DNA of 38,695 nucleotides from an uncultured Planctomycetia bacterium (GTDB lineage Bacteria; Omnitrophota; Gorgyraeia; Tantalellales; Tantalellaceae): NCBI GenBank assembly GCA_964482475.1, contig CAYZXR010000003.1, positions 1 to 38,695 of the forward strand, read 5' to 3'. Shown piece by piece: positions 25,254 to 36,000 of this stretch (position 1 is its first letter; each line of letters starts with the position of its first letter). The notes under the pieces were generated by a model. It saw only the letters and a program-made list of their open reading frames with translations, ran no database searches and was not told where the DNA came from. The position numbers and the translations under genes were made by a program.

Positions 25254-26104
25254 TACCAGACACTTTATATAACACTATACATTAAAGTGACTTACAAAAC
25301 AAATCCGGGTATGCCTTTTCTTCGAGGAAGCCACCTGCCAGATTTTTTGCGGAGTTTGTTTTGGAATTTTTTGCTTCCAATTACCTTTTTTGCAACTAAT
25401 GAGTCTTTATTATTGCTGTCACTTAGTAGAAAATCACGATAATTTATTTGCCGTTCAGTTATTGTATTACCGAAACGAGAGAAATTAGGGTCTTCTGTGA
25501 GTATGTCATCCTCTTCTCCAAGAATGTAATACTTAGCGCTACTGTACTGGTATTCTTCAGGGAAGGTTGTCATTTTTGCTCTAACAGGGTTCATTTCAAT
25601 ATAGGCACCGCACCAAAGAGAATATTCCTCTTTTTCAACAGGTCTTGATAAAAACCTTCCTTGCCATAGATAGCCTGCGGTTTTATATCTTTTATGGTAA
25701 TAATGGCTGTAGGCGCGGTTAATTCCGCCTATAACAGATGAGATTCTTTCCGGTATTGGGATTTCGCATTCCAAATGATAATGATTAGGAATTAATGAGT
25801 AATGATAAAGGATCATCTCTTTTTCAGAAGTATATCGTTCAAGTATCATTTTAAAAGTTGTGTAGTCCTCATGGTCGTGAAATATCTTCAATCTGCGGTT
25901 ACCACGATTAATTATGTGATAGCAAATATTGTCCTGTAGTTGATGCTGACGAGCTTTAGTTGGCATAAGTGCCTCCTTTTGATGGTGTTCATGGCTACAG
26001 TATTAGTAGACACCAAAAAGAGGCATTTTCTTTCAAATTATTTATTTACCCGGATTTGTTTTGTAATATCAATATTCATAATCAGTTGCGTAAAGCGTCT
26101 GGGT
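25254..26104 (-). mobile_element. Intact RAYT-type element (851 bp) with 58-bp inverted terminal repeats
   Basis: 25254-25311 (TACCAGACACTTTATATAAC...TTACAAAACAAATCCGGGTA) and 26047-26104 (TACCCGGATTTGTTTTGTAA...GTTGCGTAAAGCGTCTGGGT) are inverted copies flanking the transposase gene. The left repeat overlaps the last codons of the gene. Confidence 0.8.
25292..25966 (-). CDS. REP-associated tyrosine transposase (RAYT), IS200/IS605-like Y1 HUH family
   Basis: 224 aa. HUH motif IPNHYHLE and a Tyr/Gln block GYLWQGRF. AAGGAGG upstream of the ATG. Confidence 0.85.
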   Translation of the reverse strand: MPTKARQHQLQDNICYHIINRGNRRLKIFHDHEDYTTFKMILERYTSEKEMILYHYSLIPNHYHLECEIPIPERISSVIGGINRAYSHYYHKRYKTAGYLWQGRFLSRPVEKEEYSLWCGAYIEMNPVRAKMTTFPEEYQYSSAKYYILGEEDDILTEDPNFSRFGNTITERQINYRDFLLSDSNNKDSLVAKKVIGSKKFQNKLRKKSGRWLPRRKGIPGFVL

Positions 26105-26412
26105 TCACTTAGCTTTGATTCGAGAACCGTCCCCTATTGTTTATTCATAATCATTTGCGTAAAGCGTCTGGGTTCCACTCTGAGGAAATGCCGCGAATTC
26201 CACTGAGCGGCCGATCTAGCTTTGATTCGAGAACCGTCCCCAGCTACCCCTTGAGCGGCTGACCTATCTATTTTTCTACCCGGATTTGTTTTGTAAAATC
26301 AATACTCATAGTCAGTTGCGTAAAGCGTCTGGGATATTGTACAGAGGTCCGCGAATTTCACTGAGCGGCCGACCGAAGGTTCCGCAAGCCGAAGGCGCAG
26401 CGAACCGCCCTC
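26105..26412. repeat. Nest of extra terminal-repeat copies and short dispersed repeats next to the RAYT element
   Basis: Partial repeat at 26141-26173 and a full copy at 26277-26334. AGCTTTGATTCGAGAACCGTCCCC occurs at 26111 and 26218. CGCGAATT(C/T)CACTGAGCGGCCGA occurs at about 26192 and 26350. AAGGTTCCGCAAGCCGAAGG at 26376 is shared with 24514-24548. Confidence 0.8.
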
Positions 26413-26419
26413 AGTTATT

Positions 26420-26926
26420 TCACATTCCAGCAAACCTATTTGAAGATAGACCAATAGATGCTTTGCCTTTAGACGGCACAAGGACACGAACCTTTAAAGT
26501 TCCTTTTGTCTTATCTTTTTTTATATGTACCTTCTCGAAAAGTCTGCTTCCACGAAAAATATCTATCTTTCTTTGTTCCTCTATGTGTATTGAAAGGACG
26601 GGAATTTCAAGAACATAGCTTATTTCCATTTCACTGTCCTGTATATTATCAGAAGCTCCGGATACAACAATAACGTAATCTCCAGAAGGCAAAACAAATT
26701 CAGAAAATCCTTCTTTTTGAGTAGAAGTATCAGCAATTGGATTTATCCGAATCCAGTGATGTGGAGAAGGCCAGTCAATTACCATCCAAATAAAACTAGC
26801 TAGGGATAAAATTATAATTATAGAAAATATCAAGGAAATGTGCCGTATTATTGTATTATCATTTTTTCGTGCAATAATAATAGCTATACCTATTATCAAT
26901 ACAACTAAAAACAGTACTAACATCAT
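26420..26926 (-). CDS. Small membrane protein (two N-terminal TM helices plus a ~100-aa beta-rich domain), unknown function
   Basis: 168 aa. AAGGGAG upstream of ATGATG. Hydrophobic segments at aa 1-19 and 30-50. First gene downstream of the giant RHS gene. Confidence 0.6.
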   Translation of the reverse strand: MMLVLFLVVLIIGIAIIIARKNDNTIIRHISLIFSIIIILSLASFIWMVIDWPSPHHWIRINPIADTSTQKEGFSEFVLPSGDYVIVVSGASDNIQDSEMEISYVLEIPVLSIHIEEQRKIDIFRGSRLFEKVHIKKDKTKGTLKVRVLVPSKGKASIGLSSNRFAGM

Positions 26927-27027
26927 AAGTGTTTCTCCCTTCTAATTAATCCAGTTTATACCGTGTTAATCACTGATATTCTGAAAGATTGAGCAACTGT
27001 AACATTGCATTCGAAATGTATTCAGTT

Positions 27028-30000
27028 CTACCAATTTTGCCACTTTGTAACTAACTGATTCCCATCTTCGTCCTCAAGTACATACTGATATTCATAAAAT
27101 TCACCAGCAATTAATCCGGCAAGGTCTATATTAAAAGCCAAGGCTAGTTGAATTATTTCTTCATCAACCTCAAACTCGAGCCACTCGAGAGTACCTATTA
27201 TGCGATAACGTACTGTTAGCTTTTCTAAAGTTTCATTCGTTTCAAAGTGTAGTTTTACTGTTGTGTCTGTTTTTTCTACGATAGAGCTTTCAATAACCTC
27301 AGGAGGTGTTTCATCCAGAGTAGGTGTTGATACTGGAAGTCCCTCCCCAATATACCCGGTACCGTTAAAGCTTGGATCTAACATAAGCCATTGTATACTA
27401 TATTGTCTGTTCGGGTCAAGTCCGTCCAAGAGACACATTGTCGCTATATTAGCCAAAAGGTCAAAGAAATAGTATTTGCGTACAACCTGAGTTACCGTAT
27501 CTATGAGTGTGACTAACAGCATTCTGATGTTTTCTATGGGAGTAATGCCGAAGAGCCTGCTTGTCGCGTCTTTTGGGATAAAAGGCTGTACCGGTTGAGC
27601 TCCAAAGGTGGTATCTCCTGGGGGGGGTGTATGAAAGGAGCCCGAAACTGGGGGTATATCTCCCCGACTTGTACAAACAAGCATATAAGTGTAATCAGAA
27701 TCCATTGATAATCCATTTACATACTTGCATTTACCTAAGTAATCATGTGTGCCCTCGAATACGGAAGGTACAAGGTTACCTTGTGAGTCCCGAACCATAA
27801 GGACTAATTCTTCAGCGAAAGGGTCGGCAATTGCAGTATTTTCAATAGAGATATACGCTTCGGTGGTAGTTGTAGCAAGAACCCTTCCAAAACCAGCTGT
27901 AGCATGAATAGCGCTATCTTCAGGAGAAAGTTCTCCGGTAGTCGTAAAAAATACTAAGTTGATTTCAGAAGTTACCCCGAATCTGTCGGTAATTGTAATT
28001 TCAGCTTCATAATCCATGCCGCTCCGCAGGTTTTCAAGATCAATAACTACCCCATTTTCCATTGCATCGGATACGCTTTGTGTTAGTAATGTCTTTTTGA
28101 CGGTTTCTCCAGAGACATGATAAAGTATCTCGGCACTGGCGATCTCTTTAGATACGTCTATTTTGGTCGACGCTGTGGTATCACCCACATTTTTTACTTC
28201 AGTGCTCAATATCTCGGGCAGGACCGGAAGGTCTGTTTTGAATTTGTAGTTTCTCGAATAAGACATGTCGTTTTCGTTATCCCGGTACTCAATTTCAAAT
28301 TCATAGTTTGTGTTACCGGATAGATCTTCCAGGGTGATATGATATTCACCTTCCGCCGGATCGGATATTATGAAAGACTGATAAATTGTATCGTCTTCTT
28401 TCCTATACAGGACTTTTATCTGGTTTACATTTGAGGGTACGTCAAATGTAATGGTAGCTATATCTTCCCCTACATCGGATATTGTTACAGTGTCTGACAA
28501 CGCGTAATTTCTAGCAGTTTCGCTTATTAAGAGGTTGATCATGCGGCCTGCCAGATCATATCCGAATTCGGTTACGGTTCCAAGGGGATCCGCGATATTT
28601 ACAAGTTGACCCAACGTGTTATAGATAAAACTTGATGAGATGTCGTCATCAGTTGTTGAAAGATCACCCGCTTCGATCACATTCGTTAGCTGATCGTTCG
28701 GATTGTAGACAAACTGTGTTTTGCGGCTTGAGGCGTCTATTACTTCTGTTTGTCTGTCGCGGGAATCATAAACATATTGGGTTGTTCCTAGAGCGGTGGT
28801 AATGCTTGTTAGGAGATCGCTCGCGGTATCATAGCCGAAGTTAAAAATACGGCCTATGGCATCTGTCACCTGTGAGGTAAGGTTGGTGACTATGCCATTT
28901 CTGGCTAAATACTCGATGACTTGAGAGTTCTCTTCCCCGTTTATTACCTGAGTGACATTGCCTGCGGCATCGTAGACGTAATCAGTGGTGGTGTTGTTCG
29001 CGTCTTTTACTTGTGTTATTCTTCCTTTTGTGTCATAGGCGATGGTGGTTATCAGGTTTGTTTTGATCATTTTAAGGGAGCCGTCTTGATTCACGGACTC
29101 TATGCGGCACCCGGATATAGTTGTTGTGACATTGTCAGCGTCGTCATATTGGTAAATAGTGCCGTACCCGTCAGGATTTTGCGTAAAAACGAGACGACTT
29201 ATGCCAAGTCCGTTTGTTTCGTAATAGAACCTTGTTGTATTTCCCTCCGCGTCGGTTGAGGAAATGATATTCCCGAAGGCATCATATTCAAAGCTCTGAT
29301 TGTTTCCCATGGCATCTGTGACGGAACCGACATTGAACGAGTCCCCGAGGTATTGATATTGGGTCTGATTGCCAAGAGCATTAGTAGAAGTTGCAACTCG
29401 GAATTTATCATCGTACGAGAAACCTGAATTTGCACCAGTCGCGGTATTGGTATATTGTGTGTTTTGTGTAAGGAGATCAGAATTAGAATTCACTTGTATA
29501 CCAAGACTGTTGGTTTGCGAGGTAACACGTCCTAATATGTCATACGCATTTTCAAAAAGAGTTCGGTTTGAGTAGTCGACAGCGCTAACCATTCTATGGT
29601 CAGAGTCATAGGAGAAATCCACATGTTTCTCAGTCCAGTTCTGAGTGACCCTGCTAAGATTATTAGTTGAGGCGTCATACACATACGATACACTGCGTCC
29701 GTCAGGTCCCATTACCTGTGATATGTTATTGTTTCCATCATAGGTGACGGTAATAGCCAGAGCGGATGAGGGATCATTAATGCTAACAAGCCGATTATTA
29801 GCGTCATAAGCATAGTCTATAGTATTCTGGTTCTTATCCATTAGTGAGGAAAGAAGGCCATTAGATGAGAAATTTACCATATCTCCGCTTCTTACCAGTG
29901 TATAGGTGCCATCGGTATTAAGGTATAGTATTTGAGAGCCTATTCTTTCATCTTCCGAGGAATAGAATACGCGGCCCTCACTTTGTATGCCGGCAGGGTT

Positions 30001-33000
30001 AAATAAAATAGAACCGCCGCCATTGTTATCTGACAAGTAGATAGTAGGATAAATGGAAACTGCGCTTTCGGTCCCATCAAGAATAAAAACGAACTCTGTT
30101 TTATCAACAGGAAAGTGCAAGGCATACGGCACATAATCCCAGCCGTTACCCATGCTTGTTCGGTTGCCGGCGGCGAAAGAATCATAATATCTCTGCCAGA
30201 TAAGTGGCATTCCACCGGATGTAGTATATGCCAGATCTGTACCTCCCCAGGAGAAATTACCGTCTTTTTTCGTGGGGGCTAAGGAGAACGCGGACGCTTG
30301 GTATTCCGTGTCGTTCATGGTAACTGACCAAGTCTGTGTCGTGTCACTTCCGCGGGAGTTCTGCGTCGCCTCATGCAGACCGGACGCTTGTTGCGCGGTA
30401 TCAAATAAATAATGAAAATTGCTATCTTCAAAAAATGTGTAATCAACGCCACCACTTATTGTAATGGGAATCTCTTCTCCTAGACCATTGATCATAACAA
30501 TTCTTTCCACTGAAACCGTTGGCGTAGTTGTCGGTGTCGTGACAGACGAGAAATCGGATTTAGAAAGCCATTCTAAATCTACGGGAATATTATTGTCCTT
30601 TATGAATTTAGCAAGGCCTACCGCACGCATGCCTTTTTCAAGTTCACTAAATTCAGGATAAAGATCGGCAAGTTCATCAAAATGTTCATTAAAAAACTCT
30701 ACAAATGCCGCAGCACGGGGATCGTCAGGGATAACTTCTCCCCCTGCAGCATTTAAAAGTGTGGTTTCAGTCAAAAGCTCCACCGAACTGTTATCAAAAA
30801 TAAAGGCGTCACCTGCATCGCTTTTAATAAGATTCATTTCTTTCGGCACAAACCAGCATCTCATGCTTCTATTTTCTTCAAATATTGAGGTATCTTCAAC
30901 GTCCTCACTCAAACTAAAAAGATCTTTGAAGCCGGGTATATACTGATTTATATATATTTCAGATACATCTTCACCATTAGGACGGACATTTGTGTCTGTA
31001 ATATTATCTGAACCTACAGCTATGAGTTTCATTAATAGATCCGCTTCATATACTGCCTGACCAAGCGCGGTATTTTCGATACCTCCCAAGAAGCGTACGG
31101 TTTGGTCTTGAGATGGATCAATATTTCCTGACCCATCTCTGACAGGATCGATCGATACTCCGGGAGCGGAACCCTGATTGCCGAATACGGCCTTGAGTGC
31201 GGCGAGAAAATAATCTACCGGGATCTCAGGGATATCAATCCCCGTATTGCTTAACATGATGATCTGCCCGGTTAAGGGGTCATAGCTTACACCGTGAAGG
31301 TCTTGAAGGTTCTCTCCGGTGATGGATAAGGATTTATTCATGTAGACGCCTCCGAGGTCATCGAAGGGTGATGAATTCCAACCATCAAATCCGGAACCGA
31401 AATAATCATCCCCAAATCCACTGGAGAAGCTATCTCCACCACCGCCACCGCCTCCAGTACCCCAGAGAGACTTGTTATCAAATTCGTTGAACAGATTAGC
31501 TAACGAATAATCGAAATTACTTCCCAAACTATCATTATTCGAGTTTTCATTATGACTTAAACGTGTATATTGCTCCCGAACTCTATAACACCAATCCTGA
31601 CAATTATTTTTGGTTGGATTTTTAACACCAGGAGCAAAAATTGCTAACAATCGGTTACCCAAAAGTGAATATTTTCCCACAACGGTATTATTTATTGCCC
31701 TTACCATAACATTTTCATCATATAAGTTGCTAGATAGAGTATAATCTGTACGTTCACTTTCAGATAATACAAATAATCCATCCGGACCGAAACCAAGATT
31801 TTTTGTCCAGCCAATACCATTAATATAGTGTTCATTGTCGAACCAAATATGTTCATGGCTAATCTCGGTATTATACTGATCATCTACAGGACCGTTTACC
31901 ATAAAAGGAGTTTTAGAAAGTCGTGTTTTCATAAAATAGGCATCGAGCCCCCATGGATCCACATAATTCACCGGATCATTCTGAACATAAATAAACGGGT
32001 TAAGACTTTGAGTTTCACTCTGCTCACCAATAAACGCCGGATCCCTAGAAATAAATCTGCCCAATGTTGGGTCGTAGTAACGCGCGCGCAGGTAGATGAG
32101 TCCAGTCTCTTCGTCCTGCTGGTCCCCTGTATAAAGGAAATTCTGGCTTGAGTTTTCAAAGCGCGGATTCCCGAAAGCGTCATAGCGATAAGACTCGCTA
32201 ATAGCACCTTCACTATCGGCAAGGCCTATAGAAGAACCGAGTCCGTCCTGCAAAAAGTACTCTGTTGTCGAGTCCTCTTCTGAGCTTAATCTATCCAATC
32301 CAAAAGCGTAGGTCTTTGTTATATCGCCGGATGAATCCATTTCCGCTAAGACCTGTGGGATAGATGATGTCGGGTCTACCATGAAATAGGTAGTAACGCC
32401 GTTTACGGTTTTTGAAACACGGTTACCATCCCCATCATATTCATAAGTTGTCTCGTTCTCTCCGTCATTATAGCGTGTAAGAAGATTTCTTGAATCAAAT
32501 TCGTAATAATAGACTTTATCGGGAGTAATGCGTTGACGTATATTTCCCGCGGCGTCATATGTAAAGCTTTCCGTGCTATTTGAAAGTTCTTCTTCCTGAG
32601 AGTCGTAAGTTCTTTTGTTTAAACCAGTAAGACGATTATCTATTCCGTACGCGTATTCTGTAACCTCCCTCGGTGTTTCGGTGGTAATAACAAACGGGAT
32701 GGTTGTTTTTGACAGGCGGTTTCCCGCGTCGTCATAGAGGTAATGAATGATGCCAGAGGAGGAATCAAACTCCCGGATAAGACGCTTGAAATCATCATAG
32801 GCGTAACTTACGTTACGAGTACCCTCAGGGGTCACTTCGACCATTCGGATGCGTTCTCCTGCCGGGTTAAGGGTGTATATGATATCGGCTATTAATGTTA
32901 CGGTTTCGGGGTCTGTTTCAGTCGCGGGAGTTACTTTTTCGTGACAGATTCCTGTAAGGTTCCCGGCGTCATTATAGGTATTACTTGTGCGGATCCCGTT

Positions 33001-36000
33001 CGGAAGCGTTGTGGAGATAAGATCTCCCGCGGCGTTATAGCTATAGGTCGTGGTATCGGCTCCCTCGGTAACGCTTGTGAGGTTACCCGCGGCATCGTAC
33101 GCGTAATTGATAACTCTTCCGGCATAACTGAACTGTGTTATCTGTCCGGCTAAGTCGTAAGTGTAGGACAGGCGCTGGTCGTCAGGTAAAGTGACGGAAT
33201 TTAAGCGTCCCGCGATATCGTAAGTATAATCTGTATCACCTCTTGAATCAGTTACACTCGTTATTTCGTTAACGTTATTGTAGGCAATCTCTATGCTCGG
33301 GTATTCAGGATATGTGATAGCTATGAGACGATTATTGGCGTCATATTCAAATGTTATGTCCTCTCCGTTAAATGTTGTCTGGCGGATAAGATTTCCGAGG
33401 GCGTCATAATCGTAGGATATCCCCCTTTCCGCGTTGAGATCGAGGTATATATTCCATGTCATCATGCGTGTGTTGCCTGCGGCGTCCTGCAATTCGCGCG
33501 TTATGGTGTTCGCGCCGCGAATTAAGGTGATGCTTTCGGTTGTAGTCGTTGTAGCCATGTTGGCATCGCTTACACGATAACTAAGCTGATAATCCTCCTC
33601 ATATACATAGGCATCGGAAAGGAGACCTAGCGCGGGCGCGATGGTGTCGAGAATGATGGTATCGGTAAACGCTTTCATATCGCCGTCCGCGTCACGAAGT
33701 TCATAGCGTACTTCTTTTTCCCCGTCCCCTTGCGAGAGTGTCAGGACTTTTTCAGAGGCGATCTCTTGCCAATTTGTCCAAGTGTTTCCATTATCCACCG
33801 AAAACCGCATTTCGGGAGGAGGTATTGTGCCCATAAAGGTTAGAGAAAGTGTAACAGTCGGGTTATTTGTAAATTCAGCGCCTCCATCGATCGTAACCGT
33901 TCCCATAGGCTCGGCTTGTTCAAATATAATGTTCAAGTCGACATAAATAAGCCACTGATCATCATAGCTGGGTAATTCCCTGTAAATTAAGTTATCCCCG
34001 ATGTTTAGAGATAAATTTTCAGTATAAGTAATACCTTCAACCGTATATGTCAGCGTATAATCGGAACTGTCAACAGTAATGGCATGTGGATAAAGCGTGG
34101 TCTCTGTTGTTGTTGAGCCGTCCGCGTTATACTGGACATATGTCCGTGTTGTCAAGTGCCCGTCATTGTATTCATAGGTATCTGAAGATTGGAGTGTGCC
34201 ATCCGAATTGAAAGCCTCTATTAACAGGCTCGGACGGTCACCGGCGTCAGTGTACACCGTAAAATAACGTTTACTCTTTATTCCCTCTTCATAGCAGATC
34301 TCTTCTTTTGAAAGACATCTATTGCTAAGCGGTTCATTGGCATATAAATACGCAAATAGAAGGACCATGAAGTCGGCATCCTCGTAACATTTTTTTGTTT
34401 CGAGATATCCGTTCGGGTCATTGTAATACGTATAGGCGTATGACAGTTCACCGTTCACAGGTGCTTCCCTGCGGGCTCTATCTATCCTGCCATAACTTTG
34501 TCCATTCCAATCCTCATTGATAAAACGATAATAAACCATACCATCGGCATCAGCAGTAGCGCACGTTTTCGATTCCAAACGATATGCCTCGTCATTAAAG
34601 TAAGTTGATGTAGTAATAAACTCAATGAAGTCGATGTCAGAATAAGTTGTTATTGATTTTTTTCGGTCTGATATATCGTCAAAATATGTGTATGAATAGC
34701 CGAATACGTCGATCACGGCCGTTTCACTACGGCATTTTTCAACACGCCCAAAACCCTGATCGTTCCAAATTTCGTCGAGATAGCTGTAATAGATCATCCC
34801 TTGATCGTCCGGATCGGAAAGCGTCAAAGATTGCAGGTGACCGCTTGGATGATAAGTTACACCGGAGCCCGGGGTGCGGCTTATCTGTACGCCGGATGGG
34901 TCATATTCATAAGTGAGAAGCAACATGAAATACGGCGAGATCATATGACATTCTTTTATTTTTATGATTTCTGTATCGTCATGATACATGTAAACATGTC
35001 TTTGTGCGGCTTCTTCGTCTGGGACAGACCGTAAGGTATAAAAGATTCTTCCATATCCCCGACCTTGCCGATCTTCATTTATGTAGCGATACATATAAAT
35101 GCCGTCTTGGTCGGGAGAATCAATGGAAAAACGCTTCATAGCAAGAGAATTCAAAGTGTCATTGTAATAGCTGTACCAAGTAACCGGTTCAGGAAGACTT
35201 TCCTCTGAAAACGCGATTTTCATCGAGAGGAAGCCTGAATCACTGTGATATGTGTATTGATATAATAGTTCGTCATTGAAGGGGACCGCTCTTTGAGACG
35301 AGTCTATCCTTCCGTAACCCTGGTTATTCCAGTTTTCGTCCAAATAGCTATAGGAAATCATTCCTTGATCGTCAGGCTCGGTAAGAGTTTTTGTAGACAT
35401 GTATCCAGAGGCGTAATAATCTGCGGTGGATATTAAAGCTCCATTTATATCATATTCGTTGGTTACCAGCAGGACACCTGAAGAGTTGTATTCCTTGATA
35501 TAACGCGCCTGGTCGAGGTCCCCGTTCCAGAATTCTAAGTCACCGTTTAATATAAGGTTCTGGCTAGGATTGGATGGATCGATCAAACGTATGTCATCAA
35601 TATATATCGTATCCGCCTCAAGGAAATTATCAGATTTAGGAGTATGTACAAGAAGGCGATCTGAATTATCCGGCATTGTAAAGGTGAGCGACAATCTTTC
35701 CCAATTTCCGCTGCCGGTATGCTGGTTGGATTCCTGGACTTCGCCAGGATAGCCAGTATATACCCCCAAATAATATGTGGATGAAAGGGTTGTTTTGACC
35801 CAGGCAGATAAAGTCAATTCTTCTCCAATATAGTTGGCATAGTTAAGTACATACTGAAGAAAGTTGAGCCATGCTCCAGTTATTTTTACAGAAGATACTC
35901 CCGAGATAACATTTTCAGTCGATGTTTCCCGTTCAACTGTGATAAGTCCTTCAACCCAAAACCAGTCAACAGGAGTTGGATTATCACTTACATAATAGTC

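Noticed and set aside
26047-26334. Repeat copies at 26047, 26141 and 26277 considered as a possible CRISPR array
   Set aside because: The repeats are 58 bp (one is partial), degenerate and irregularly spaced. They are inverted copies of the RAYT element end, and no cas genes are present.
26286-26618. ORFs 26286-26618 (+) and 26299-26487 (-) in the repeat nest
   Set aside because: They are composed largely of the dispersed repeat sequence, overlap the 3' end of the better-supported 26420-26926 gene, and have no RBS or motifs.
31436-31461. Gly7 run considered as a homopolymer sequencing or frameshift artefact that creates the long fusion ORF
   Set aside because: The codons are mixed (GGT/GGC/GGA), so this is not a slippage-prone homopolymer, and both flanks are in one frame over kilobases. 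Read-level confirmation is still recommended.
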